Part shown: piece by piece, positions 19,297 to 28,800 of the stretch
Layout: each line of letters begins with the position of its first letter
How positions within the stretch are numbered: position 1 is the stretch's first letter
DNA from: Myxococcota bacterium
GTDB lineage: Bacteria; Myxococcota_A; Polyangia; Nannocystales; Nannocystaceae
Direction: 5' to 3'
Length of the DNA: 64,000 nucleotides
Assembly: GCA_039194325.1 (NCBI GenBank)
Contig: JBCCWC010000010.1
Coordinates: forward strand, 32,001 to 96,000
The notes under the pieces: model-generated
Told to the model about the DNA's origin: nothing
The model's database searches: none
Seen by the model: only the letters and a program-made list of their open reading frames with translations
Translations under genes and position numbers: made by a program

Positions 19297-20523
19297 ATGG
19301 GCAATCCAAGTCGAGCCGGCGCTACGATCGAGGTGATCGAGGGCCCCGGCGTTCACATCGAAATCGAGGCCGTCGATCAGCTTCGTCGAGTCGCGAGCCT
19401 TGAAGGGTGTGTGCGGGCGGTCGGAATGCCCGACCTGCATCCGGGGCCGGGCATCCCGATCGGGATGGCCACCGCCTCGACCTCGCACGTGCACCCGATC
19501 CTGGTCGGGTCTGATGCAGGCTGCGGGGTCACGGCCGTAGTCGCGCGCAAGACGATCGCGTCGGGCAAGTGGCTACGCCGGATCGAGCGGGCCACCACCG
19601 ATCCACCGCCATTGCCGGTCGATCCCCTCGAGGCACTGGAGGCCGTGTGGCACCACGGACCCCGGGGGCTAGCCACACTCGACGGGCTCCCCGAGGAGCT
19701 CCAGCAGTGGGTCACGACCGTTCCTTGGGGCGAGCCCCTCGGGGCGAGCGGTCCCCTGCCCGAGGCGCTTGCCGAGGCTCGCTTCGGCGAGGCGCTCGGC
19801 ACCACCGGGGGAGGCAACCACTTCGTGGAGCTGGCCCGGGTCGAGCGTGTCTTCGAGGACGACGCGCTCGCGGGGCTGCGTCGTGGATCGATGGTGGTCC
19901 TGGCGCACTCGGGCTCGCGGGGCCTGGGCTATGCGCTGATCCAGCGGTGGAAGGACCGGGCGCTGCACGATCCGGAGGAGATCACCAGGTACCTGGGTGA
20001 GCTGGCCGGCTGTTGCCGCTTTGCTCAGGCCAACCGGGCGCTCTTGGTGTGGCGCATGCTCGAGGCGGTGGGAGCGGGGCGCTGCGATCGTCTCGGAGAC
20101 AGCCTGGATCTGGTCCACAACGACGTGCGTCCCGGAGAGTCGCCCGAGGATCCCTGGGTCCATCGCAAGGGGGCGGCCCCCGCTCGGGCCGGCGAGCTGA
20201 CGATCACTTTGGGCAGTCGAGGCAACCCCAGCTGGATCCTGCGCGGGCAGGGCAACCGCGCGCACCTGTGCTCGGTCGCCCACGGGGCGGGGCGAAAGAT
20301 CCCCCGATCCGAGGCCAAGTCTCGCCTCTTCCATCGCTACCGTCGCGCGGAGCTTCGTCGCACGCCACACGGAGGCCGGGTGCTGTGTGATCGGCCCGAG
20401 CTTTTGTGGGAGGAGCACCCGGATGTCTACAAGCCGATCGAGCCGGTCGTGGTCGCGCTCGAGGATGCCGAGGTCGCCACTCGGGTGGCCTCGCTGATGC
20501 CCGTGGTCACGGTGAAACGATGA
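19297..20523 (+). CDS. rtcB: RNA ligase RtcB, PrfH-coupled (RtcB2) subfamily
   Basis: VGMPDLHPG, SDAGCG, GGGNHFVE, HSGSRGLG, HND, HRKGA, HGAGR, RVLCD..EEHPDVYK. Confidence 0.93.
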   Translation: MGNPSRAGATIEVIEGPGVHIEIEAVDQLRRVASLEGCVRAVGMPDLHPGPGIPIGMATASTSHVHPILVGSDAGCGVTAVVARKTIASGKWLRRIERATTDPPPLPVDPLEALEAVWHHGPRGLATLDGLPEELQQWVTTVPWGEPLGASGPLPEALAEARFGEALGTTGGGNHFVELARVERVFEDDALAGLRRGSMVVLAHSGSRGLGYALIQRWKDRALHDPEEITRYLGELAGCCRFAQANRALLVWRMLEAVGAGRCDRLGDSLDLVHNDVRPGESPEDPWVHRKGAAPARAGELTITLGSRGNPSWILRGQGNRAHLCSVAHGAGRKIPRSEAKSRLFHRYRRAELRRTPHGGRVLCDRPELLWEEHPDVYKPIEPVVVALEDAEVATRVASLMPVVTVKR

Positions 20524-21191
20524 ATATTTCACGAAGCCCGTCCCGGGTCCCGTCCCAGGTCCTTCGGATCGGCTCGGGCCGAGGCCCCCGCGAAGCTCGC
20601 CACTTCGTGGGCATGCTGGCCAACGCCCTGCCCGTGCACCTGAGTACCGCCGGAGTGGTGGTGCACGAGGTCGTGCGCCATGGTGATCACCAGGCGCCCG
20701 GTCGGGTCGCGCTGCGGGTCGATGGATCGGCGCACGAGCAGGTGTCCGGCCTGCTGGGCACTCACCTCCTGCTCGCCGATCTGCGGGGTCGTCGTTCGCG
20801 GCGGCGATGGTTTGCCCTCGTCGAGCTCGACGAGGTCGCGCCGACGTCTACGATCGCATTGCCGCGCCACGAGCTCGACATTCGGTTCGTACGCTCGGGC
20901 GGTCCCGGCGGACAAAACGTCAACAAGCGCTCGACGGCGGTGCGGATCGTCCATCATCCTACCGGGCTGAGCACGCGCTGCGACGAGCATCGTAGCCAGG
21001 CGCGCAACCGGGCCGATGCGCTTGCGGCCCTCACCCGGATGGTGGCTCGGCACCGGGTCGAGGAGCGCTGGGCTCGATGCAAGGTCAAGGGTTGGCAAGA
21101 GCGCCGAGGGATCACCGCCCACTGCCCCGTCATGTGTTGGCGGCTACACCCCACCGAGCAGGACACGATCGTGCCGGTGGCGGATCGATAA
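20520..21191 (+). CDS. prfH: Peptide chain release factor H-like ribosome rescue factor
   Basis: ATGA overlap with rtcB; N-terminal GSGRGPRE and RSRRRWF (PrfH-like); RSGGPGGQNVNK..AVR..H.PTG..RSQARNR (GGQ domain). Confidence 0.85.
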   Translation: MNISRSPSRVPSQVLRIGSGRGPREARHFVGMLANALPVHLSTAGVVVHEVVRHGDHQAPGRVALRVDGSAHEQVSGLLGTHLLLADLRGRRSRRRWFALVELDEVAPTSTIALPRHELDIRFVRSGGPGGQNVNKRSTAVRIVHHPTGLSTRCDEHRSQARNRADALAALTRMVARHRVEERWARCKVKGWQERRGITAHCPVMCWRLHPTEQDTIVPVADR

Positions 21192-21208
21192 CCCATAGGA
21201 CCAACGCG

Positions 21209-21667
21209 ATGAGAGCGGACATGAGTAAGGTGTTGTGCGAGCGTCCTCGGGTGGGGGCTCGCTTCAAGCGGCGCAGTCGCTGGCGTGGTCCGCTGGAGGA
21301 GGCGCCGCGCTTCGAGTCGACCAGCCGCCACCGAGGAGGGAACAAGATGCTGGGCGAGCACTTAGGGCCGCTGCGGCGCTGGCTGCTGTCTCAGACCGGA
21401 CGGCCCTGGGATGCGGTGTACTCCGAGCTTCGGGCGGGGATCAGCACTCGCAATGCAGTCCAGCTCCATATCTGGCAGCATGCCGAGCACTATGTGGCTC
21501 GCCACGTGGAGATCGTGCAGGGCAAGCTCTACCACCTTCCGGGCCATGGTCGGTTTTGGTTGGATCGGACCGTCTACTCCCGGTACTGCCCCGTCTATGT
21601 CTGTCCCAAGACCGGCATCTTGCGTCGCACGCCGGTGACCCCGCGCAAGAAGAAGAAGAAGCAGTAG
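21209..21667 (+). CDS. Basic hypothetical protein, probably co-transcribed with rtcB-prfH
   Basis: AGGA RBS, 17 nt after the prfH stop; MRADMSKVLCERPR..LGPLRRWLLSQTGRPWDAVYSELR..YVCPKTGILR; Arg/Lys-rich. Confidence 0.8.
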   Translation: MRADMSKVLCERPRVGARFKRRSRWRGPLEEAPRFESTSRHRGGNKMLGEHLGPLRRWLLSQTGRPWDAVYSELRAGISTRNAVQLHIWQHAEHYVARHVEIVQGKLYHLPGHGRFWLDRTVYSRYCPVYVCPKTGILRRTPVTPRKKKKKQ

Positions 21668-21772
21668 CGGTCGCGTGGAACCGTCCCGCTTCGAACCTCG
21701 ATGAGGTGTGAGCGTGAGAGCGTCGTGCGCTGCGCGGGAAACACGCTGAGCCGGACGTGCTAAACAGCGTCC

Positions 21773-21988
21773 ATGGCGTCCTCGAGCCGGGAGATCGGCC
21801 TCAAACTGCATGCTTCGGGCCAGCTCGATCGCTTTGAAAAAGCGGTCGAGAGCGACGATTCCATGGAAGTCGTAACGATCCTCCAGACGATCGGTGTGGG
21901 GGAGGAGATCATCAGCCGAATGCTCCTTCAGCTCGACAAGGACTACCTGCTCGAGCTGATCGACGCGGGGCGTCGCGCGGCGGAGTGA
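21773..21988 (+). CDS. Small acidic helical hypothetical protein (71 aa)
   Basis: Protein-like composition; fills the gap before the convergent P450. Confidence 0.5.
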   Translation: MASSSREIGLKLHASGQLDRFEKAVESDDSMEVVTILQTIGVGEEIISRMLLQLDKDYLLELIDAGRRAAE

Positions 21989-22000
21989 GCGGGCGCGGCG

Positions 22001-23230
22001 TCAGTTCACCGAGACGGGGAACACCTGCAAGCCGCGCAGCATGGACGATTCCATGTGCCACGGCGGCGGCTCGTTGGCAAAGCGCAGCCGAGGGAACCGC
22101 TCGAGCAGGCGGGGAAACGCGATGCTGCCCTCGAGCCGGGTCAGGTGCGCGCCAATGCAGAAGTGTCGGCCCACACCGAACGCCACGTGGCGGTTCGGAT
22201 CCCGGGTTACGTCGAAGGTGTTGGGCTCGCGGAATACGGTTTCGTCGCGGTTGGCCGCGGCCAACATGGGGATCAGCGACGTGCCTCGCGGCAGTCGGAC
22301 CCCGCACACTTCGGTCTCTTCGGCCAAGTAGCGGGCCCCCGCCATATGGGCGGGGCTGTAGTAGCGAAGGATCTCCTCGATGGCGGTGGGGATGAGCGAG
22401 GGATCTTCGCGCAGACGCTCGAGTTGCTCGGGGTGTTCGAGCAGGGCGTAGGCCCCGTTGCCGACCAGGTTCACCGTGGTCTCGTGACCCGCGAAGAGCA
22501 GCAGGAAGACCATGCCCATCAGCTCTTCGGTGGAGAGACGATCACCCTCTTGTTCGGCGGCGATGAGGGCGCTGGTGAGATCGTCGCCCGGATCGGCGCG
22601 CTTGCGCTGCAGGAGCGCGTCGAAGAAGCGATAGAGGTTGCGGTACATCGGCAGGCGGATGATGAACGTCCAGGCGCTCTTGACGTTTAGGGCCCCTTGG
22701 GCAATGTGGTGGAAGTACTCTTCTTCTGCTTTGCGCACGCCCAGCAGCTCTGAAATGATGCGCAGGGGCAAGGGGAGCGCAAGGCCGCTCATCAGGTCGA
22801 AGGTGCCCTTTCGCTCGGCCTCATCGAGCAGGTCGTCGACGGTCTTCTCGATCCGCCGGTGGAGCTCGTTGACCCGTGCCGGGGTGAACGCCTTGGTGAC
22901 CAAGCTCCGGAGGCGACGATGGTCGATGTCGTCGACGAACACCAGCGACCGAGCAAACGCCCGCAGTAGCTTGGGCGCCAGGCGCCCTTCGAAGGGGCCA
23001 GGTCGGCCCGTCGACGTGCGCGGGTTGCTACGGAATCGCTCGGCGTCCTTGAGGATCGCGGCTACGTCTTCATAGCGCGTGACGGCCCAGGCCTTGCCGA
23101 TGAAGGGGTGCTTGCACCGCAACAGCGGCGCTGCGCCCCGGAGCTTCGCGTAGTGCGGATAGGGGTCGCTTCGCACCGCGGGAGCGGTCAAGTGCAGGTT
23201 GATTCCGGTTTCTTGGTCCTGGATCCGCAT
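22001..23230 (-). CDS. Cytochrome P450
   Basis: AGHETT, EEILRY (ExxR), FGVGRHFCIG heme motif. ORF is open to 23251. Confidence 0.95.
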   Translation of the reverse strand: MRIQDQETGINLHLTAPAVRSDPYPHYAKLRGAAPLLRCKHPFIGKAWAVTRYEDVAAILKDAERFRSNPRTSTGRPGPFEGRLAPKLLRAFARSLVFVDDIDHRRLRSLVTKAFTPARVNELHRRIEKTVDDLLDEAERKGTFDLMSGLALPLPLRIISELLGVRKAEEEYFHHIAQGALNVKSAWTFIIRLPMYRNLYRFFDALLQRKRADPGDDLTSALIAAEQEGDRLSTEELMGMVFLLLFAGHETTVNLVGNGAYALLEHPEQLERLREDPSLIPTAIEEILRYYSPAHMAGARYLAEETEVCGVRLPRGTSLIPMLAAANRDETVFREPNTFDVTRDPNRHVAFGVGRHFCIGAHLTRLEGSIAFPRLLERFPRLRFANEPPPWHMESSMLRGLQVFPVSVN

Positions 23231-23738
23231 GGTCGATGTGGCCGCTAGCATTCTATCCAGAAGCGGTCACGGTTAGGGCATCGTCGATACCAGACGAGCG
23301 AGGATCGAGCGCGGTCGGAACGGGAGGTCGAAACGGGAGGTCGAAGCAAAGAGCGCATAGAGATCGAGTGACTCGAAGCGGCGACGCTCGAATTTACTCT
23401 TCTTGCTGCGCAAAAACTGCGCGAAATCGACCGAGCACCGTTGGATCGGTTCGGCGCGACGTCGAGGCGTGGGAGCGCAGCGGTGCGGCATTGGTCGGCC
23501 TATCGCTCTGCCTGCGCAGCGCAGCGCAGCTCTTCGCCGTCTCGGCCTTCGAGCTTATCTCGGAGCTCGTCCCTCGGCTCGAAGGGACAACGGCACTACA
23601 GCGCCTCGGCACTGGTTGCGGAACGAGAGCGTTCGCCCGGGGGGCATCGGTCGAGCACCAGGTTTGTGCGTGCATGAACCTTGAGTAGGTCCCTATGACT
23701 GCAGAACTCCCGATTTCGGTGTATTTCTGGATCAGCCG

Positions 23739-25652
23739 ATGCCACGTCTGACCCACACGCAGCTCCTCGATGTGCTGCCCAAAGCACGCCTCGTCTCTCT
23801 CGCGGAGCAGTTCGGAGTTCAGCACAGCCCGCGAACGCGCAAGGAGGAAATCATCGCTAGCCTCGTGCGGTCGAGAAGGGCAGACTTGGGCAAGATCCTG
23901 CGACACCTCCGGCGTGCGGAACTGGAGCGAATTTGCGCGGCGCATGGCCTAGATGGCGGTGGTTCACGAAAAGCCGATCTCCTACGCAACGTTCTCGCTG
24001 CGTGGTCGATAGAGCCTAAGGAAGTCGAGTCCGACACTCCGCGTGACACCATGACTACCAAGCTCCTCGATGCAATCGCCATCCGTTCGGACGCACTTCG
24101 CGAGGCCACGAGCGACAAAGACCGAAAGCGGTGGGGACAGTACTTCACGAGCGCGCCAGTTGCTCGATTCATGGCGGAACAGCTCACCGTCGAGCGGACA
24201 GGACAGACCGTGCGGGTGCTCGACCCTGGGTCAGGTACAGGTATCCTCGGGATCGCGGTCGCTCAAAGTCTGCTCGCCAACGGGGCCGGGCGCATCGAGT
24301 TAGTATCCGTGGAACGCGAACCCAGAGCGCTCGAGGAGCTTCACGAGGTGCTCGCCAAGGCCCGCGCCGAGCTAGGGCCGCGATTTAACTACCAGGTCGA
24401 ACAGCGCGACGTTCTCTCGCTCGCGGACCTGGAGTTGGGCGCCACTGCGCTCGCGCCCTTCGATTGTGTGATCTCGAACCCACCCTACTTCAAGATGCCA
24501 CCCTCGGAGGTCCGGGGTGGAAGCTCGCCCAACATCTACACTCGGTTCATGGAGGTCTCGTCGCGGCTTCTTAAGCACTCGGGTACGCTTTGTTTCATCA
24601 TCCCTCGTAGCTTTGCGTCGGGTCTCTACTTCCGGAAGTTTCGTAAGAGCTTTCATGCGCGAATGGCGCTGATGCGTGCACACGTCTTTGCTTCCCGCAA
24701 GGATGCCTTCAAGGATGACGGCGTGCTTCAGGAGAACATCATCGTCCTGTACCGGCGTGAGACGCCGGGCGACGACGCCGTGACGATCAGTTCTTCGGCG
24801 GGTGCGGGAGATCTTCGTGACGCTACGTCGATTCAGGTACCGCGGAGTCGCATCATCGATCGGACGGACAAGAATGCAGTCATGTTCCTTCCGGAGTCGG
24901 CTGAAGATCTGTCGCTGATGGCGTTCCTTCGGGGCTGGACTCACCGTCTTCGTGACTACGGACTCGAGATTTCAACGGGTCCCGTAGTTCCGTTTCGTGC
25001 GACAGAGGTGCTCTGTCACGAACCCAACGGTGTACCAACGGTGCCCCTGTTGTGGATGCAGCACGTTCGGCTCGATGGTGTGGAGTGGCCCTCGCCCAAC
25101 GGGTTCCGAAAGCCGCAGCACATCCGGGCCGATGCCTCCCCAAAGCTGCTCGTTCCGAACCAGACCTACGTCCTGCTCCGTAGATTCTCGGCCAAGGAGG
25201 AGGCTCGTCGCCTCACGGCCGCAGTGCTCAAGGATAACCAGATCCCAGGTGATACCGTGGGGTTGGAGAATCATTTGAACTTCATTCACCGGCCCGCCGG
25301 TAAACTCGAGACGGACGAAGCGCACGGCGTGGCTGCCCTGCTAAACTCGCAGTTACTGGATCGTTACTTCCGGATCTCGAATGGCAACACTCAGGTCAAC
25401 GCTACGGAGGTTCGAGCGCTACCTCTTCCTCCGTTACCCTTGATCAAGGAGATCGGGGCAAAGGTTGCCAAGGAAGGGGTCGAACGGGCGAACGAACTCG
25501 TAGAGGAGATCGTCGGTGTCCAAGGCTCGCGACGCGCAAGAAATACCGAACCTCTTGTTCAGGGCCTTACCGACCCGATCCGGAAGGTGCGGCAAGAGAG
25601 GCGAGGAGTCGTGAACCACGCATGCCCCCTGTCGGGTGTGGCCGGGTGGTGA
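23739..25652 (+). CDS. N6-adenine DNA methyltransferase, PstI/BsuBI (Eco57I-domain) type, with N-terminal SAP-like extension
   Basis: GQYFT, LDPGSGTG, NPPY, ENHLN, NGNTQVNATE; lower GC than flanks. Confidence 0.9.
   Translation: MPRLTHTQLLDVLPKARLVSLAEQFGVQHSPRTRKEEIIASLVRSRRADLGKILRHLRRAELERICAAHGLDGGGSRKADLLRNVLAAWSIEPKEVESDTPRDTMTTKLLDAIAIRSDALREATSDKDRKRWGQYFTSAPVARFMAEQLTVERTGQTVRVLDPGSGTGILGIAVAQSLLANGAGRIELVSVEREPRALEELHEVLAKARAELGPRFNYQVEQRDVLSLADLELGATALAPFDCVISNPPYFKMPPSEVRGGSSPNIYTRFMEVSSRLLKHSGTLCFIIPRSFASGLYFRKFRKSFHARMALMRAHVFASRKDAFKDDGVLQENIIVLYRRETPGDDAVTISSSAGAGDLRDATSIQVPRSRIIDRTDKNAVMFLPESAEDLSLMAFLRGWTHRLRDYGLEISTGPVVPFRATEVLCHEPNGVPTVPLLWMQHVRLDGVEWPSPNGFRKPQHIRADASPKLLVPNQTYVLLRRFSAKEEARRLTAAVLKDNQIPGDTVGLENHLNFIHRPAGKLETDEAHGVAALLNSQLLDRYFRISNGNTQVNATEVRALPLPPLPLIKEIGAKVAKEGVERANELVEEIVGVQGSRRARNTEPLVQGLTDPIRKVRQERRGVVNHACPLSGVAGW
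25516..25614 (+). pseudogene. Possible N-terminal stub of a BsuBI/PstI-family restriction endonuclease
   Basis: GAGGAG RBS then GTG: MSKARDAQEI, followed by unrelated sequence and a stop after 32 aa; sits where the REase gene normally overlaps the MTase end. Confidence 0.45.
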
Positions 25653-25660
25653 TCGAAGCC

Positions 25661-25695
25661 CAGCGCTTCGCGGCCGGCGTGCCGCGAGAGCGCTG
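25661..25695. terminator. GC-rich hairpin between the MTase and the tRNA 3' end
   Basis: CAGCGCT-TCGCGGC ... GCCGCGA-G-AGCGCTG inverted repeat; no clear U-tract. Confidence 0.5.
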
Positions 25696-25712
25696 AGATC
25701 CGGGTGCTATAG

Positions 25713-25799
25713 CGGAGGAGGAGGGATTCGAACCCCCGGTGACGTTGCCGCCACAACGGATTTCAAGTCCGCCGCCTTCGACCGCTCGGCCACTCCTCC
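25713..25799 (-). tRNA. tRNA-Ser (anticodon TGA), CCA not encoded
   Basis: Acceptor stem GGAGGAG/CTCCTCC-G; anticodon arm GCGGA-CTTGAAA-TCCGT; long variable arm; T arm GGGGG-TTCGAAT-CCCTC. Confidence 0.96.
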
Positions 25800-25877
25800 G
25801 GCGTTTGGGAGTATCGGCCATTCTCGCCCCGGAGCAAAGCCCGGCCCGCACCCGCGGAAAATGGCCGCGCCGCCGCC

Positions 25878-28800
25878 CTATAGCCCCCCGAGCAGTCGCT
25901 CGGCCTCGCTGCGGCTGGTGTGCTCGGGCGGCGCCACCTCGAGGAATTTCTTCAGCGATTTGTTCGCGGCGGCCTTCTTGCCCGCTTTGACCTGGGCCCG
26001 CCCGAGGTTCATCAGGGCGTCGGCGTACCAGTAATCGTCCTTGGTTCCGAGCTCGACGGCCTTGTTCAGGGCGGTGATCGCCTCGCCGTGCTTGTTGACA
26101 TTCTCATGGAACTCGCCCATCCGGGCCCAGGCCTCGCCGAGCTCGGGGTCGAGGGTGGTGGCCTCGCGTAGGCTAGTGATCGCGTCGGCGTTCTTGCCCT
26201 GCGCCTGCTGGGCCAAGCCCAGGTTGAGCCAGACCTCGGGGAACCACGGGGCGCCCTTGGCCGAGGGGGCGTCGATGACCCTGCGCAGCTCGGTGATCGC
26301 CTTGCCGTGCCCGCCCTTGTAGTGGAGCAAGCGGCCAAAGAGGAACCGCGCCTCGTGGAGATCGGGCGCGAGCTCGAGCGCGCCGCGGTACTCGGGGATC
26401 GCGTCGTCGTGCCGGGCGTTGAACTCGAGGATCTTGCCCCGCTGGAGCATCAGCTCGGCCTGCGGCGTGGCAGGCCGGGCCCGCTCGATCTCGGCGAGCG
26501 CCTCGCTGGCCTTGCCCTCGGAGATGAGCAGCTGGGCCAGGAGCATGTGCGCTTCCCAGTCGGAGGGACGCCGCGTGAGCGCGGTCTGCACCAGGGTTCG
26601 TGCATCCTCGGTGCGCCCCTGCTGCAGACGCAATCGGATGCCGGGCAGTAGGAGCTCGTCGTCGGTTTGATCGCCACGCAGGCGATCGCCCACGAGACGC
26701 TCGAGCGCGTCGTAGTTGCCCTCGAGCACGAAGAGCTGGCCCAGCGGGGCGGCCAGACCCGGGAAGCCGCCGGTTCGCTCGAAGACCTCCACGAGATCGG
26801 CCCGACCCTCGGCGTTCGGCCCGAGCTTCAGGCGCAAGGCACCACGCAGGACCTGGGCCTCGTTGTCGGTGGGTACGGCCTCCAGCGCGCGTGACAGCGC
26901 CTCGATCGCGGCGTTGCTCTCCCGCGCTTGATCGTGGAGCCTGGCCTTGGTCACCAGCAGCCGAGCGACGTCGGCCTGGCGACCGGCCTCCTGTGCGGCG
27001 GCGCGCGCGGTCTCGAGGACGGCGAGGGCGTCGGGCAGCCGCCTGGCGTCGGCCAAGAGGATCGCCTCGCTCATCGCGACTCGGTAGTCCAGAGGGTCGA
27101 GGGTCCGTGCCGCGGCGAAGGCGGTCTGGCCCTCGTCGATCGCGAGGCGCTTGGCGTGAACCTCACCGGTCAGGCGCATCACCCGAGCGTCCTTGGGCAT
27201 CGCCTTGGCGAGCTTGCCGAGGATCTCCAACGCAATGTCACCGTCGCCGCTCTGCACGGCCACCTCGGCTTGGAGCAGCTGGATCTCGAGGTTCTCGGCC
27301 TGCTCGCGGACGAGGATCGAGACGGCCGCGCTCGCGTCGTTGAAGCGCTTGGCGGCGAGCAATGCCCGGATACGAGCCGCATGCACCACTGGGGCCTGCG
27401 GCACGAGCTCGAGCGCGCGGTCGTAGGCGGCCAGCGCCTCGACGTAGTCGCCCTGGGCCTCGTGTACCCGAGCCTTTTGCACGTGAGTCCAGGCTTGTAC
27501 GCCCGGGTCCTCGGTTGCGGTGGGATCGAGCGCGTCGGTGGCGGTACGAGCGGTGGCCAGCTGTCCGGTCTCGATGGCGGTGGTGGCCAGCAGGGCCTGC
27601 AGGGCGGGGTGGGGGTTCTTGGCGACCGCGGCTACGAGGGTCGGCACGGCGGCGGCGGGTTCACGGGCGGCGGCGATGGCCAAGGTCAGGTGACGGGCGC
27701 TCAGCTCGTCGGGTAGTGCCTCGAGGACGGCGTCGGCGTCGGCCTTGGCCTGGTCGAGCTCACCTTGGGACAGTCGCGCCCAACCCCGATACAAGCGGGT
27801 CCGCGGATCGTCGGCCGCGAGGCTTGGCTCGGCCCCGCTGATGTTACCGGCGGCGAGCGAGGATAGGCCGATCACACGCTGGACGAATGCTTCGGTGGTG
27901 CCGGCGTGACCCTGGAGCAGGGTCGCGGCCTCGGTGGCGAGCGCGGGGTTGGGCCCATAGTGGTAGTGCAGCAGCAGCGCACCCTCGGCGGCTCCTACCG
28001 CGTCGCTCGCTGCGGTGGATGCCGCCTTGGCCTCGAGATAGGCAGCCGGGGTGTGCTTGGCCATCATGGCCAGCACCGCAGAGCTTCGCTCGACCGCCGG
28101 GCCGCTCGGGGCGGCCGCCGGCTCGGGGCTCTTGCCGGCGCTGTCGTCCTCTTTGGTCTTGGGCTTGTTCTTTCCGGGCTTCCCCCGCAGCACCGTGGGC
28201 TCGGGATCGTCCGGATCGAGGATTCCGGAATAGAGTACGCCTACTGCGGCTAGGCCCAGCACGGCGATCCCTCCCACTACGACGAGCAGCGTGCGAGAGA
28301 TAGGCGGCCGAGCCGGAGCCATGAGCTTGGCCGGGGAACGATTGGGCGCGGCCCCCAGCGTGTTTGTTCCGAGTCCGGCCCCGAGGTTCACCGCTGGGGG
28401 GACGTCGGTACCCGGTGCAGCGGATCCGGCCGCGTCGCCCGTCGCTTGCCCGGGTCCTGCCGGGGTGACGCCCAGGTTGGAGGGGGCAACGCCCAGGTCG
28501 GAAGGGGCGACGCCCAGGTCGGAAGGGGCGACGCCCAGGTCGGAAGGGGCGACGCCCAGGTCGGAAGGGGCGACGCCCAGGTCGGAAGGGGCGACGCCCA
28601 GGTTGGAGGGGGCGACGCCGATGTTCGAAGGGGCGAGATCCTGGCCTACGGGCGTGACCATCTGCTGGCCGCCAGGGGCCGGCAGGTCTTGGGGGATCGG
28701 AAGATCGAGTCCGTCGTCGAGCTGTGCCCCGGGAGGCGGAGGAAGATCGAACCCGGCGTTGGAGGACGGTCCCGATGCAGGCGTGGGTAGGTCGAGATCG

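Noticed and set aside
21668..21772. Y RNA/tRNA-like ncRNA in the RNA-repair operon (TTCGAAC motif)
   Set aside because: The flanks do not form a T-stem or cloverleaf, and there is no Ro60 gene nearby.
23699..23704. CTGCAG (PstI site) just upstream of the MTase as an autoregulatory site
   Set aside because: CTGCAG is common throughout the window and the enzyme's specificity is unknown.
23250..23740. att-site duplication of the tRNA 3' end at the left edge of the MTase island
   Set aside because: No copy of the tRNA 3' sequence was found by eye, and there is no integrase.
25713..25799. tRNA as selenocysteine or suppressor tRNA
   Set aside because: The anticodon is TGA (reads UCA, Ser), not TCA, and the acceptor stem is a normal 7 bp.
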